A DNA stretch of 32,000 nucleotides from Nitrosospira multiformis ATCC 25196 (GTDB taxonomy: Bacteria > Pseudomonadota > Gammaproteobacteria > Burkholderiales > Nitrosomonadaceae). Of this stretch, positions 1 to 9,591 are shown piece after piece (within the stretch, counting starts at the first letter, position 1; each line of letters starts with the position of its first letter). The stretch is taken from positions 2,070,001 to 2,102,000 of the forward strand of contig NC_007614.1 of the NCBI RefSeq assembly GCF_000196355.1, in the 5' to 3' direction. The notes beneath the pieces were generated by a model. It saw only the letters and a program-made list of their open reading frames with translations. It searched no databases and was not told where the DNA came from. Position numbers and translations under genes: made by a program.

Positions 1-685
1 CCATGAGGGGAAAAAGTTCGTGACGCAGAAAATTCCGGCCGAAAGATATCTCGTCGTTGCTTTCATCGGTAATCCACCGCAAGGCATGCTTTCTCGCATA
101 GTCTTCGATCTCCCGTCGCGAAACGTCGAGCAGAGGCCGAAGCAGCCTCGGTCTGCCCTCAAGTGCAGGGACGGAGTTCACCGGGACTGTCTCACCCATT
201 TCTTTTCGCACGGTCCTCACGACCGGCATCGCGCTCAGCCCCTTTACCCCCGCACCACGCAGCAATTGCAGCAGCAGCGTTTCCGCCTGGTCATCCAGAT
301 GCTGGGCCAGCACGATATAATCCGTTTGAAGACCCCTAAAGATGCGATAGCGCTCTTCACGTGCCGCGGCTTCCAGGCTGATACCGGGTCCTTGGGCAAC
401 TTTTACCCTGGCAATTTCAAGAGGAATGTTTCGGAACTGGCACAGATTCCGGCAGAATTCACTCCATTTATCTGCATTGGGGCTGATACCGTGGTTGACA
501 TGAACGGCCGAGAGCGGGAGTTGCATTTGCGAGGCAAGCGGGACAAGCAGATCCAGCAACACCACCGAATCCACTCCCCCGCTCAAAGCGATGGTCAGGT
601 GATCGCCAGCTGGGACCTGGGTACGCAATACATGCTGCGCCCTGCGCGAGATATTATCTGACTTTGACTTCCTTGAACTGGCCAT
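1..685 (-). CDS. tilS: tRNA(Ile)-lysidine synthase, N-terminal part (3' end runs off the window)
   Basis: Absent from the ORF track because it is open at the window edge. Minus-strand translation from the ATG at 685..683 reads [78 protein letters not shown]. This contains the SGGxDS PP-loop motif typical of TilS. The gene lies directly downstream of accA. The ATG start overlaps the accA 3' end by 32 nt; an alternative TTG at 628 is possible. Confidence 0.8.
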   Translation of the reverse strand, partial: MASSRKSKSDNISRRAQHVLRTQVPAGDHLTIALSGGVDSVVLLDLLVPLASQMQLPLSAVHVNHGISPNADKWSEFCRNLCQFRNIPLEIARVKVAQGPGISLEAAAREERYRIFRGLQTDYIVLAQHLDDQAETLLLQLLRGAGVKGLSAMPVVRTVRKEMGETVPVNSVPALEGRPRLLRPLLDVSRREIEDYARKHALRWITDESNDEISFGRNFLRHELFPLM

Positions 686-1622
686 ATCCCATCAGCCGCT
701 CAAAGCGTTTCTCCAGCAACATGTGGATGGAATATTCCTGCAGGAGCTTGAGCGAGTCCTGCAAGGCTTTCTTTACGGCTTGCATGGTAGCGGGCTGGTC
801 GCGGTGAGCCCCCCCGGAAGGTTCATCGATGATCTTGTCTATCAGACCCAGGGTCTTGAGCCGGTGCGCCGTGATTCCCATGATCTCGGCAGCTTCAGGG
901 GCTTTGTCAGCGCTTTTCCAAAGGATGGAGGCACAGCCCTCGGGCGAAATGACGGAATAGGTTGCATATTGCAGCATCTGGATTGCGTCGCCCACTGCCA
1001 CCGCCAGCGCGCCACCTGACCCACCCTCCCCGATAACGGTGCAGATCACGGGCACTTTCAACTCCGCCATTACATACAGATTGTGTCCAATCGCCTCTGA
1101 TTGACCGCGTTCTTCCGCCCCGATGCCCGGATATGCGCCTGGCGTATCGATGAACGTGAACAGCGGGATGGCGAATTTTTCTGCCAGACGCATCAGCCGC
1201 AGCGCCTTGCGATACCCTTCGGGCTTGGGCATGCCAAAATTGCGATGAATTTTTTCCTTGGTGTCGCGCCCCTTCTGGTGGCCGATAACCATGACTGTCT
1301 GGCCGTCAAAACGCGCCAACCCGCCTATTATGGCGTAGTCATCGGCAAAGCCGCGATCGCCGTGGAGTTCTTCGAAATCCGTGAAAAGATTCTGAATGTA
1401 GTCGAGTGTATAGGGGCGCTGCGGATGGCGCGCGACTTGTGAAATCTGCCAGGGCGTGAGCTTCCCGTATATGCTGTTGGTGAGGGACTGGCTTTTCTTT
1501 TGCAGACGCAGGATTTCGGCTGAAATATCGACCGCTGAATCATCCTGGGCAAAGCGCAATTCTTCTATTTTTGCTTCAAGCTCAGCAATCGGCTGCTCGA
1601 AATCCAGAAATGTAATCTTCAT
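654..1622 (-). CDS. accA: acetyl-CoA carboxylase carboxyltransferase subunit alpha
   Basis: The ORF 654..1703 translates to a full-length AccA-like sequence ([24 protein letters not shown]...[18 protein letters not shown]-like...[10 protein letters not shown]). The internal Met at 1622 ([11 protein letters not shown]) aligns with known AccA N-termini. The 27 codons upstream do not look like protein. Confidence 0.93.
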   Translation of the reverse strand: MKITFLDFEQPIAELEAKIEELRFAQDDSAVDISAEILRLQKKSQSLTNSIYGKLTPWQISQVARHPQRPYTLDYIQNLFTDFEELHGDRGFADDYAIIGGLARFDGQTVMVIGHQKGRDTKEKIHRNFGMPKPEGYRKALRLMRLAEKFAIPLFTFIDTPGAYPGIGAEERGQSEAIGHNLYVMAELKVPVICTVIGEGGSGGALAVAVGDAIQMLQYATYSVISPEGCASILWKSADKAPEAAEIMGITAHRLKTLGLIDKIIDEPSGGAHRDQPATMQAVKKALQDSLKLLQEYSIHMLLEKRFERLMGYGQFKEVKVR

Positions 1623-1826
1623 AAAACACCGGTTTAAGCCGAAACGGTAATGATACAGGATCAGGCGAAAACCGAGGAATCTCTCAGTAAGCCGGATGTC
1701 CAAGAGTCCTATTTACCTGTCCCTGTTTGGCCCTGGGCAGGAGGATCATAATTCCGTTTCTGATCAGGAAACGTATAATGGAAGGTTTTTTCCAATCCCT
1801 TCCGGGAACAGAGAGAGGGAAAGACA

Positions 1827-3500
1827 TTGATTACAACAGCCAATATCACCATGCAGTTTGGGGCAAAACCCCTGTTCGAAAATGTTTCGGTCAAATTCGG
1901 CGATGGCAATCGTTACGGATTGATCGGCGCCAACGGGTGTGGGAAATCGACCTTCATGAAAATCCTCGGCGGCGATCTGGAGCCTACTTCCGGCAATATC
2001 AGTGTCGATGCGGGTGAGCGCGTGGGAAAATTGCGCCAGGACCAGTTCGCTTTCGAAAATTGTCTCGTAATCGATACGGTGATGATGGGGCATGAAGAAC
2101 TATGGCGCGTAAAGGAAGAACGCGACGCAATTTATGCCAACCCCGATGCGACGGAAGATGACTACATGCGCGCCGCGGAACTGGAAGCAAGATTCGCTGA
2201 ACTGGATGGCTATTCCGCTGAAGCGCGCGCGGGAGAACTGCTACTCGGCGTGGGCATACCCCTGCCGCAACATCAGGGGTTGATGAGCGCTGTGGCGCCG
2301 GGCTTCAAATTGCGCATACTGCTTGCCCAGGCATTGTTTGCCGATCCGGATATTCTGCTCCTGGACGAGCCCACCAATAACCTCGATATCAACACCATCC
2401 GCTGGCTGGAAGACGTCATCAACGCCAGCAGAAGCACGATTGTCATCATTTCGCATGACCGGCATTTCCTGAACAGCGTATGTACTCATATGGCTGACCT
2501 GGATTATGGCGAAATACGTATCTATCCGGGAAATTACGATGACTACATGCTCGCCTCTACCCAGGTGCGGGAGCGCATGCTGGCCGACAACGCGAAGAAA
2601 AAAGCCCAGATTGCTGAATTGCAGTCATTCGTGAGCCGCTTTTCCGCCAATGCCTCCAAGGCACGGCAAGCAACCAGCCGTGCCCGTCAGATCGAAAAAA
2701 TAAAACTGGAAGACGTGAAACCTTCAAGCCGGCAGTATCCATACATACGGCTGGACATGGACGAGCGCGAGAAGCTGCACCGTCTGGCGGTATCGGTACA
2801 AAGCATCACCAAAGGTTTTGACGGAATGCAGAAACCGCTGTTCTACAAATTCAGCATGAATGTGGAAGCAGGCGAAAAAATTGCGATTATCGGTCCGAAC
2901 GGCATTGGCAAGACCACCTTGCTGCGCTGTCTTGCCGGCGATCTGTCGCCTGACGCGGGAGAAGTCAAATGGGCGGAGAAAGCCCGTCCTGGCTATTTTG
3001 CGCAGGATCATGCCGCAGACTTCGGCAATGATATATCACTTACCGAATGGATGACGCAATGGCGCCGCGAACACGATGATGACCAGGCTGTTCGGAGTGT
3101 GCTTGGAAGGTTGCTGTTTTCCGGCGACGAAGTCAGAAAATCGGTTAATGTCATTTCGGGGGGAGAGGAAGGACGTATGCTGTTTGGCAAGCTCATGCTG
3201 CAAAGAAACAATGTATTGCTGATGGACGAACCCACCAACCATCTCGACATGGAATCCATCGAATCGCTTAATGCAGCACTGGAAAAATATACAGGCACGC
3301 TGATTTTCGTTTCCCATGACCGCGAATTTGTATCTTCTCTCGCAACACGCATCGTTGAAATGAAACCAGAGAGAATCGTCGACTTCAAGGGGAACTACGA
3401 GGACTATTTGCGGAGCCAGGGAATTTTTTCGGATGGCGTGAATGCGCGCGGAAATAGTTCTACCGCGGCCAAGGAAAAAGCGCGCACCTCATCCAGATGA
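1827..3500 (+). CDS. ybiT: ABC-F family ATPase (YbiT-like), two ABC domains, no TM domain
   Basis: TTG start. The sequence is collinear with my recollection of E. coli YbiT ([53 protein letters not shown]...). It has two Walker A sites ([16 protein letters not shown]), two LSGG-type signatures and two Walker B sites ([16 protein letters not shown]). A GAGAGGGA purine tract lies upstream. Confidence 0.9.
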   Translation: MITTANITMQFGAKPLFENVSVKFGDGNRYGLIGANGCGKSTFMKILGGDLEPTSGNISVDAGERVGKLRQDQFAFENCLVIDTVMMGHEELWRVKEERDAIYANPDATEDDYMRAAELEARFAELDGYSAEARAGELLLGVGIPLPQHQGLMSAVAPGFKLRILLAQALFADPDILLLDEPTNNLDINTIRWLEDVINASRSTIVIISHDRHFLNSVCTHMADLDYGEIRIYPGNYDDYMLASTQVRERMLADNAKKKAQIAELQSFVSRFSANASKARQATSRARQIEKIKLEDVKPSSRQYPYIRLDMDEREKLHRLAVSVQSITKGFDGMQKPLFYKFSMNVEAGEKIAIIGPNGIGKTTLLRCLAGDLSPDAGEVKWAEKARPGYFAQDHAADFGNDISLTEWMTQWRREHDDDQAVRSVLGRLLFSGDEVRKSVNVISGGEEGRMLFGKLMLQRNNVLLMDEPTNHLDMESIESLNAALEKYTGTLIFVSHDREFVSSLATRIVEMKPERIVDFKGNYEDYLRSQGIFSDGVNARGNSSTAAKEKARTSSR

Positions 3501-3560
3501 CAGGATGGGTTCTTCTTTCTGATGCTTACCGGAGAGACTGCGCAAGACTCGAAATAAGAC

Positions 3561-4178
3561 TCAACGAGAAGCAGCGAGGGCGGTACGGTAACGCTTCCAG
3601 TCGAAACAGGGGCCCGGGTCGGTCTTGCGACCCGGGGCAATGTCGGAATGCCCTGCAATATGCTCGATGGGATAAGCCTTTTGCAGTTCCAGCGTGAGCC
3701 CGACCAGCATTCTGTATTGAGAATCGGTGAAAGGCTGCGAGTCGCTGCCTTCGAGCTCGATACCGATGGAAAAGTCATTGCACCGGCTCCTGCCCTGCCA
3801 GCAGGACTCCCCTGCATGCCAGGCGCGTTTTTCGCACGGGACGAATTGAATGACCTCTCCTGTCCGGGGAATATAAAAGTGACTGGAAACCCTGAGGCCG
3901 TGAATGGTGCGGTAGTAGGGGTGGGCTTCCGGATCGAGCTCGTTGGTGAATAACTCGGCTACACCGTTTCCGCCAAACTGATCGGGAGGAAGGCTGATGT
4001 TGTGAATCACGAGCAGTGAAATCGCACATCCCCCCGGCCGTTCGTCGAAATTGGGCGAAGCGATGAAGCGGATGCCCCTCGCACATCCCGTGGCATCGAT
4101 CTGCATGAGGCAGTCATCCTGTCGGACGCCGCCCGCGTCATTCTGCCGGCTGTAACCCATTTGCACCGGCGGGTTCAC
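3561..4178 (-). CDS. ampD: 1,6-anhydro-N-acetylmuramyl-L-alanine amidase AmpD
   Basis: Strong similarity to AmpD over SPNFDERP...LLVIHNISLPP..FGG...RVSSHF.I.R.GE..QFV....RAWHAG.S.W.GR..CNDFSIGIELEG...F...QY......L....P...I.GH.DIAP.RKTDPGP.FDW. The GTG start at 4178 overlaps the upstream stop as GTGA. An alternative start at Met 4106 (MQIDATG) fits E. coli AmpD length better. Confidence 0.85.
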   Translation of the reverse strand: MNPPVQMGYSRQNDAGGVRQDDCLMQIDATGCARGIRFIASPNFDERPGGCAISLLVIHNISLPPDQFGGNGVAELFTNELDPEAHPYYRTIHGLRVSSHFYIPRTGEVIQFVPCEKRAWHAGESCWQGRSRCNDFSIGIELEGSDSQPFTDSQYRMLVGLTLELQKAYPIEHIAGHSDIAPGRKTDPGPCFDWKRYRTALAASR

Positions 4179-4417
4179 GATTCAGATTGCAGGTGCAGTC
4201 GCCGATGCTCATCGCTGCAGAAAAACCTGCCTTCCGAAGTGATACTTTCGCTTCTGGGTAAATGGACGCCGCAGTAGACACATCGGACCATATCCTCACC
4301 TTCGAGAAATTGAGGCTGCTTATGCATCTCCTCACGTTTTTTGAGGGCGCGACGATAGCTCCTTATGACCCAGAAAAAAAGAAGGGCAATAAGGGCGAAG
4401 AACAGGATTCTACCCAA
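4175..4417 (-). CDS. small membrane-anchored zinc-ribbon protein (PP0621-family-like)
   Basis: 80 aa. It has an N-terminal TM helix (ILFFALIALLFFWVI), a basic linker, and then MVRCVYCGVHLPRSESITSEGRFFCSDEHRR (CxxC...CxxxH). This matches my recollection of the small 'PP0621 family' proteins. Its stop overlaps the ampD start. Confidence 0.65.
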   Translation of the reverse strand: MGRILFFALIALLFFWVIRSYRRALKKREEMHKQPQFLEGEDMVRCVYCGVHLPRSESITSEGRFFCSDEHRRLHLQSES

Positions 4418-4532
4418 GGGGGAATCTCCGTTGCGGTATCGAAACCGGCGGCAAGCAGTTAAATGACATGTACGGCATTCTACCGCTTATGCAATAGTGT
4501 GCAAGCTTGAGGGGGAATAAAAATCCGCCGCT

Positions 4533-4559
4533 CCCCACCTTCCCCCTGGCCCCTTCCCC
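4533..4559 (-). other. putative G-quadruplex-forming tract (GGGGAAGGGGCCAGGGGGAAGGTGGGG on the minus strand)
   Basis: The plus strand has four C-runs of 4-5 nt (4533-4536, 4542-4546, 4550-4553, 4556-4559) separated by 2-5 nt. The tract lies ~116 nt upstream of the 4417 start codon, on the coding strand of that operon. Confidence 0.4.
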
Positions 4560-4754
4560 ATTTGTGGAAAAGGGGAACAAATACTCGATTGACCTATTTC
4601 TTCTCTCTTGATTCTCTCTCTGCACTTGCAGACGTGTGGGAGGGGGCCAAATCTGACTCGCTTGCATACGGTCAGGAATGAATGACGCAGATATTCTGCA
4701 TATGACAGCGTTTCCGGATAGAAACAGTCGAAAACACCAATGTGAACAAACCGA

Positions 4755-4832
<78 letters not shown>

Positions 4833-4892
4833 AAAAACCGATTTTGAGACTTGCGGTGCCTGGAGCAATTCATGTCAGGCACGTGGGCTGCA

Positions 4893-4921
4893 ATTGTACG
4901 CAGGAAGGGGTTTTGGAGCAA
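4893..4921 (-). promoter_or_regulatory. candidate sigma70 promoter for tRNA-Pro
   Basis: The minus strand reads TTGCTC (4921..4916), a 17-nt spacer, then TACAAT (4898..4893). The -10 is ~60 nt upstream of the mature tRNA 5' end. This is a pattern match only. Confidence 0.35.
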
Positions 4922-4930
4922 TCCAAATTA

Positions 4931-4953
4931 GCGCGGTGACTGCGTCACCGCGC
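4931..4953 (-). terminator. hairpin downstream of ispB (possible intrinsic terminator)
   Basis: GCGCGGTGAC-TGC-GTCACCGCGC forms a perfect 10-bp GC-rich stem with a 3-nt loop, ~40 nt after the ispB stop. On the minus strand it is followed by TAATTTGG, which is only a weak U-tract. Confidence 0.45.
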
Positions 4954-4993
4954 CCCTGCGCTAAAGCAGGTGAATCAGGTCCAGATAAAACCA

Positions 4994-5962
4994 TTAATGA
5001 TTTCTCGCCACCGCAAAGGTGCTCAGATCCAGCAGGCATTGCTTATAGTCTGAATCCGGCAGTGAGGAAATCATGTTGGACGCGGTCTCGGATTCGGCCT
5101 GCGCGCGTTGTCTGGCATAATCCAATGCGCCGGTCTGCTGGATAACTTCCAGCACGGGCTGAAATCCCCCCTCGCCTCCCCGCTCGATGGCGCTGCGGAT
5201 GATCTGCGCCTGGGCGCCCGATCCTGTTTTCATGGCATAGATCAACGGCAGAGTGGGTTTGCCTTCTGCCAGATCGTCGCCCAGATTCTTGCCGGTTTCC
5301 TGATAATCCCCGGAATAATCCAGCATGTCATCGGTAAGTTGGAAGGCGGTGCCGAGATGCATGCCATACACGGCCATCGCTTCTTCCTCCGCTGGGGAGG
5401 CATTACCGAGGATCGCGCCGAGCCGCGTTGCGGCTTCGAACAGCTTCGCGGTCTTATAGCGGATCACACGCAGGTAATTTTCCTCATCGACGTCCGGATC
5501 ACGGACATTGAGCAGTTGCAACACTTCGCCTTCGGCAATCGTGTTGGTCGCATCGGCCAACACCCGCATGACCCGCATATTGTCCACTTCGACCATCATC
5601 TGGAATGCCCGGGAATATAGAAAATCCCCGACCAATACGCTGGCGGCGTTTCCAAACAGGGCATTTGCAGTCGCCTTGCTTCGCCTCAGTTCGGAAGCGT
5701 CCACAACGTCGTCATGCAGAAGGGTTGCCGTATGGATGAATTCCACGATGGCAGCAAGATTGTAATGGTATTGTCCGGTATAGCCGAATGCGCCAGCGGA
5801 CAGGATTACCAAAGCGGGCCGCAGACGCTTCCCGCCGCTGTTGATGATATATTCGCTTACCTGCCGGATGAGGACGACCTCCGAATGGAGTTTTTCACGA
5901 ATTACGGTATCCACCCTGCCCATATCGGGGGCAATCAGGCTTCTGATACGTTCAATTGACAC
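4994..5962 (-). CDS. ispB: octaprenyl-diphosphate synthase (long-chain trans-prenyl diphosphate synthase)
   Basis: Collinear with E. coli IspB as I recall it. Both DDxxD motifs are present (LLHDDVVD, FQLTDDMLD). The GTG at 5962 (VSIERIRSLIAPDM) aligns with the IspB N-terminus (MNLEKINELTAQDM), and AGGAA lies 7 nt upstream. The ORF-track start at 6064 adds 34 non-homologous residues. Confidence 0.9.
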   Translation of the reverse strand: MSIERIRSLIAPDMGRVDTVIREKLHSEVVLIRQVSEYIINSGGKRLRPALVILSAGAFGYTGQYHYNLAAIVEFIHTATLLHDDVVDASELRRSKATANALFGNAASVLVGDFLYSRAFQMMVEVDNMRVMRVLADATNTIAEGEVLQLLNVRDPDVDEENYLRVIRYKTAKLFEAATRLGAILGNASPAEEEAMAVYGMHLGTAFQLTDDMLDYSGDYQETGKNLGDDLAEGKPTLPLIYAMKTGSGAQAQIIRSAIERGGEGGFQPVLEVIQQTGALDYARQRAQAESETASNMISSLPDSDYKQCLLDLSTFAVARNH

Positions 5963-6070
5963 GGAGGTTCCTGCAAAAAAGATGCCATGGTAGAAATGTC
6001 GCCGCCAACGTGTCAAGTTCGAAAACAGGCAAAACTCGGATCGGGACACAAAACTCATCCGCAACAGACC

Positions 6071-6099
6071 TTTACCTTAAGTGGGTGACTCTGTATAAT
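6071..6099 (+). promoter_or_regulatory. candidate sigma70 promoter of rplU-rpmA (extended -10)
   Basis: TTTACC (6071-6076), a 17-nt spacer, then TG-n-TATAAT (TATAAT at 6094-6099). The -10 is ~55 nt upstream of the rplU ATG. Confidence 0.5.
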
Positions 6100-6154
6100 C
6101 CGCGTCTACTTCTTTTCATGGCTCCTTGGCGGGCGCAATAAACAGGATTTCATC

Positions 6155-6466
6155 ATGTACGCAGTCATAAAAACCGGCGGGAAGCAGTACCGGGTCGAAA
6201 ACGGGTTAAAACTCAAAATAGAACAGGTACCAGTAGAAATCGGAAGTGAACTTCTGATCGACCAGGTATTGATGGTTGCTGACGGCGACAATATCTCGCT
6301 GGGGAAACCCTTGGTAAGCGGCGCTTCTGTCAAAGCAACAGTGCTGGAACAAGGCAGGCATGACAAAGTCCGTATTTTCAAGATGCGCCGGCGCAAACAC
6401 TATCGGAAGCAGCAGGGGCATCGGCAGAACTACACCGAAATTCAGATTACCGGTATTTCGGTATAA
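6155..6466 (+). CDS. rplU: 50S ribosomal protein L21
   Basis: [17 protein letters not shown]...[25 protein letters not shown] is canonical L21. AGGA lies upstream of the ATG. Confidence 0.97.
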   Translation: MYAVIKTGGKQYRVENGLKLKIEQVPVEIGSELLIDQVLMVADGDNISLGKPLVSGASVKATVLEQGRHDKVRIFKMRRRKHYRKQQGHRQNYTEIQITGISV

Positions 6467-6478
6467 GGAGAGTTTGGC

Positions 6479-6736
6479 ATGGCACATAAAAAAGCAGGCG
6501 GCAGTTCCCGTAACGGGCGAGACTCCAATTCCAAGCGCCTTGGCGTGAAGCGCTTTGGCGGCGAGCTGATTCCGGCAGGCAGTATCATCATCCGCCAGCG
6601 GGGCACAAGAGTCCATCCGGGCGAGAATGTTGGAATGGGCAAGGATCACACACTGTTCGCGAAGGTGGACGGCAGGGTAAACTTCACGGTCAAAGGGTTG
6701 CCACAGCGCAAGACAGTAAGCATTATCCCGGCTTAA
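6479..6736 (+). CDS. rpmA: 50S ribosomal protein L27
   Basis: [29 protein letters not shown]...[21 protein letters not shown] is canonical L27. AAGGAGAG lies upstream. Confidence 0.97.
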   Translation: MAHKKAGGSSRNGRDSNSKRLGVKRFGGELIPAGSIIIRQRGTRVHPGENVGMGKDHTLFAKVDGRVNFTVKGLPQRKTVSIIPA

Positions 6737-6755
6737 TTTATTTTATTTCCCAGGA

Positions 6756-6788
6756 AAGCCCTATCAGCCCGATAGGGCTTTTTTGTTT
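6756..6788 (+). terminator. Rho-independent terminator or attenuator between rpmA and obg
   Basis: AAGCCCTATC-AGCCC-GATAGGGCTT forms a 10-bp stem followed by TTTTGTTT. It starts 20 nt after the rpmA stop and ends ~20 nt before the obg ATG. Confidence 0.7.
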
Positions 6789-6800
6789 GCATCCCGGTAA

Positions 6801-7874
<1,074 letters not shown>

Positions 7875-8020
7875 TTTCCCACAGGCTCCATTAACAGGAA
7901 CCCTCCATTGCCCCCTTTCATTCCTTTAGTTGTACTACACTTAACCAGATTTCCAGAGAAAGCCCTACTGCGCTTTCCCGGACCGACATTAAATTTAGAA
8001 TATCTTTTGACTGTGGAGGA

Positions 8021-8236
8021 ATGATGACAAAACTTGCCGAGGCGGAACTTGCGGGACTGGATGCCGTTATAGAAGCAAGAAGAATGACATCCGATACGTC
8101 CGACAAATATGAGCAGATCGTGATACCCATTGGTAATGCCGGCACAGCTGTGGCGGGTGATAACGCGGGCTTATCAGGGGGAGAGGGCCTGTCGCTGGGA
8201 GTACTCATGAAGCTTCGCGAGAACGCGCTGAGCTGA
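8021..8236 (+). CDS. small acidic Gly/Ala-rich hypothetical protein (71 aa), first gene of the cassette
   Basis: A strong SD precedes tandem ATGs (GGAGGAATGATG). The sequence is MMTKLAEAELAGLDAVIEARRMTSDTSDKYEQIVIPIGNAGTAVAGDNAGLSGGEGLSLGVLMKLRENALS. It has no Cys, no TM helix and no signal peptide. Its stop is 12 nt before the next ATG. The overlapping minus-strand ORF 7918..8250 is Ser/Pro-rich and looks like a shadow frame. Confidence 0.5.
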   Translation: MMTKLAEAELAGLDAVIEARRMTSDTSDKYEQIVIPIGNAGTAVAGDNAGLSGGEGLSLGVLMKLRENALS

Positions 8237-8248
8237 TATGAACTCGCC

Positions 8249-8764
8249 ATGTCATTAGTCTCTATCCTGCTTTATTCGGTAGTGACTCTTTGGCTGGTAA
8301 TCACATTATTGGCGCAACACCCACGCTTCCAGTCCGTCATCAACCGGTTTAACGGACTTCATATCATTCCGCGCTGGACATTCTTTGCACCTAATCCCGG
8401 CGTCAGGGATTATCACCTGGTTATAAGGGAGCGTTACTGCGACGGGCGATTGACAGACTGGAAAAGCGTGACTGTTTATCCGCCGCGCCCGAAATTGGCT
8501 TACTTGTGGAATCCACAGAAGCGGGCATCGAAGATTCTGACTGATGCCATCCAGGCAATAAAGCTGTTGTTGAAACGCGACGATGTGGGACCCTCGGGAC
8601 TTCCTTTCACTGTCCCCTATCTCCTTCTTTTGCATTATGCAGCCCATGCTGTGCCGGCCGAGCCGGACGCTGCCGAATTTCAATTCGCGATTATCGAGTC
8701 TACAGGGCACCTCGAGCGGGAACTGGAATGCTCATTCCTTTCCAGTTTTCATAGCCGATGGTAA
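8249..8764 (+). CDS. single-pass membrane protein, SdpA-family-like
   Basis: An N-terminal TM helix (LVSILLYSVVTLWLVITLLA) is followed by IIPRWTFFAPNPGVRDYHLV. This resembles the PQGWxFFxxxP.D motif I recall for SdpA-family 'antimicrobial peptide system' proteins. It overlaps the next gene as ATGGTAA. The family call is from memory and needs an HMM check. Confidence 0.55.
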   Translation: MSLVSILLYSVVTLWLVITLLAQHPRFQSVINRFNGLHIIPRWTFFAPNPGVRDYHLVIRERYCDGRLTDWKSVTVYPPRPKLAYLWNPQKRASKILTDAIQAIKLLLKRDDVGPSGLPFTVPYLLLLHYAAHAVPAEPDAAEFQFAIIESTGHLERELECSFLSSFHSRW

Positions 8765-9591
8765 CTGAGGGCATGGCAGACATCGCCTTATGCCTTGTCA
8801 TCACCAAGACTCTATTGGCCGCTTGGGCCTTGCTTTCCGCAGCGGAATGGTTTGCCAACCTTCACCTGTTCCGGTCCGATGGCTTGCTCACATGGAATAT
8901 CCTGCGCCTGCGCCCACGTCTTTTAATCCCCGTATCCGTTCGCCATCGTGTGCACGCGGAATCCGCCGTAATTGCTGTCCTGGCATGCCGTATTGCCGCG
9001 GCACTTCTGCTGCTGATCCCCTACCCCAATCCCGCTGATTTGCCGTGCAGCCTGCTCATCCTGCTTTCATGCTTCTACATGTCACGCCGCACGTGGTTCG
9101 GTGGCGATGGGTCGGATCAGATGGGAATGGTCATTGCCGCAGGTGTTGCCATCATTTCCGCCGGCCTTGCGCTGGATGACATGAACCTGGCGGCCTCCGG
9201 TGTTTTTGCAATCAGCGGTCAAGCGGTCCTCGCCTATTTTGTTGCGGGCGCCGCCAAGGTGGTTTCACCGGCCTGGCGAGGCGGAAATGCGTTGCCCGGT
9301 GTGATGAAAACCCGAACATACGGACACTTCCTTGCCGCGAGTTTTGCCGCAGAGCGGCCCGCCTTCTGCAAGTTCGTATGCTGGTTGACTATCGGGACGG
9401 AAATGCTATTTCCACTCGTTCTATTGGCGCCACCCGGCGTGGCGGTTGCAAGTCTTTGCTGCTTCGCCCTTTTTCATTTTTCCAATGCCTACTTCATGGG
9501 ACTGAACGCGTTCGTCTGGCCTTTTCTCGCGACTTATCCGGCTGTCATGCTAGCCAATTCGGCGGCCCGAGACTGGATGGGCTGGATATGA
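8758..9591 (+). CDS. polytopic membrane protein, SdpB/HTTM-domain-like
   Basis: 277 aa with at least 6 hydrophobic segments. It contains NLHLFRSDG near the N-terminus and WFGGDGSDQMGMV, which resembles the GGDQ-type motif of HTTM/SdpB proteins as I recall it. An alternative start exists at Met 8773. The stop overlaps the DCC gene start as ATGA. Confidence 0.6.
   Translation: MVTEGMADIALCLVITKTLLAAWALLSAAEWFANLHLFRSDGLLTWNILRLRPRLLIPVSVRHRVHAESAVIAVLACRIAAALLLLIPYPNPADLPCSLLILLSCFYMSRRTWFGGDGSDQMGMVIAAGVAIISAGLALDDMNLAASGVFAISGQAVLAYFVAGAAKVVSPAWRGGNALPGVMKTRTYGHFLAASFAAERPAFCKFVCWLTIGTEMLFPLVLLAPPGVAVASLCCFALFHFSNAYFMGLNAFVWPFLATYPAVMLANSAARDWMGWI

Noticed and set aside
20-661. 213-aa plus-strand ORF at the start of the window
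   Set aside because: It is the antisense shadow of tilS. The minus strand encodes the [15 protein letters not shown]-loop motif and TilS-like sequence, while the plus-frame product (Arg/Pro/Gln-rich, no motifs) is not protein-like.
7918-8250. 110-aa minus-strand ORF overlapping the 71-aa plus ORF
   Set aside because: It is a Ser/Pro/Ala-rich low-complexity translation with no SD. The plus-strand ORF has GGAGGA plus ATG and is operonic with the following genes.
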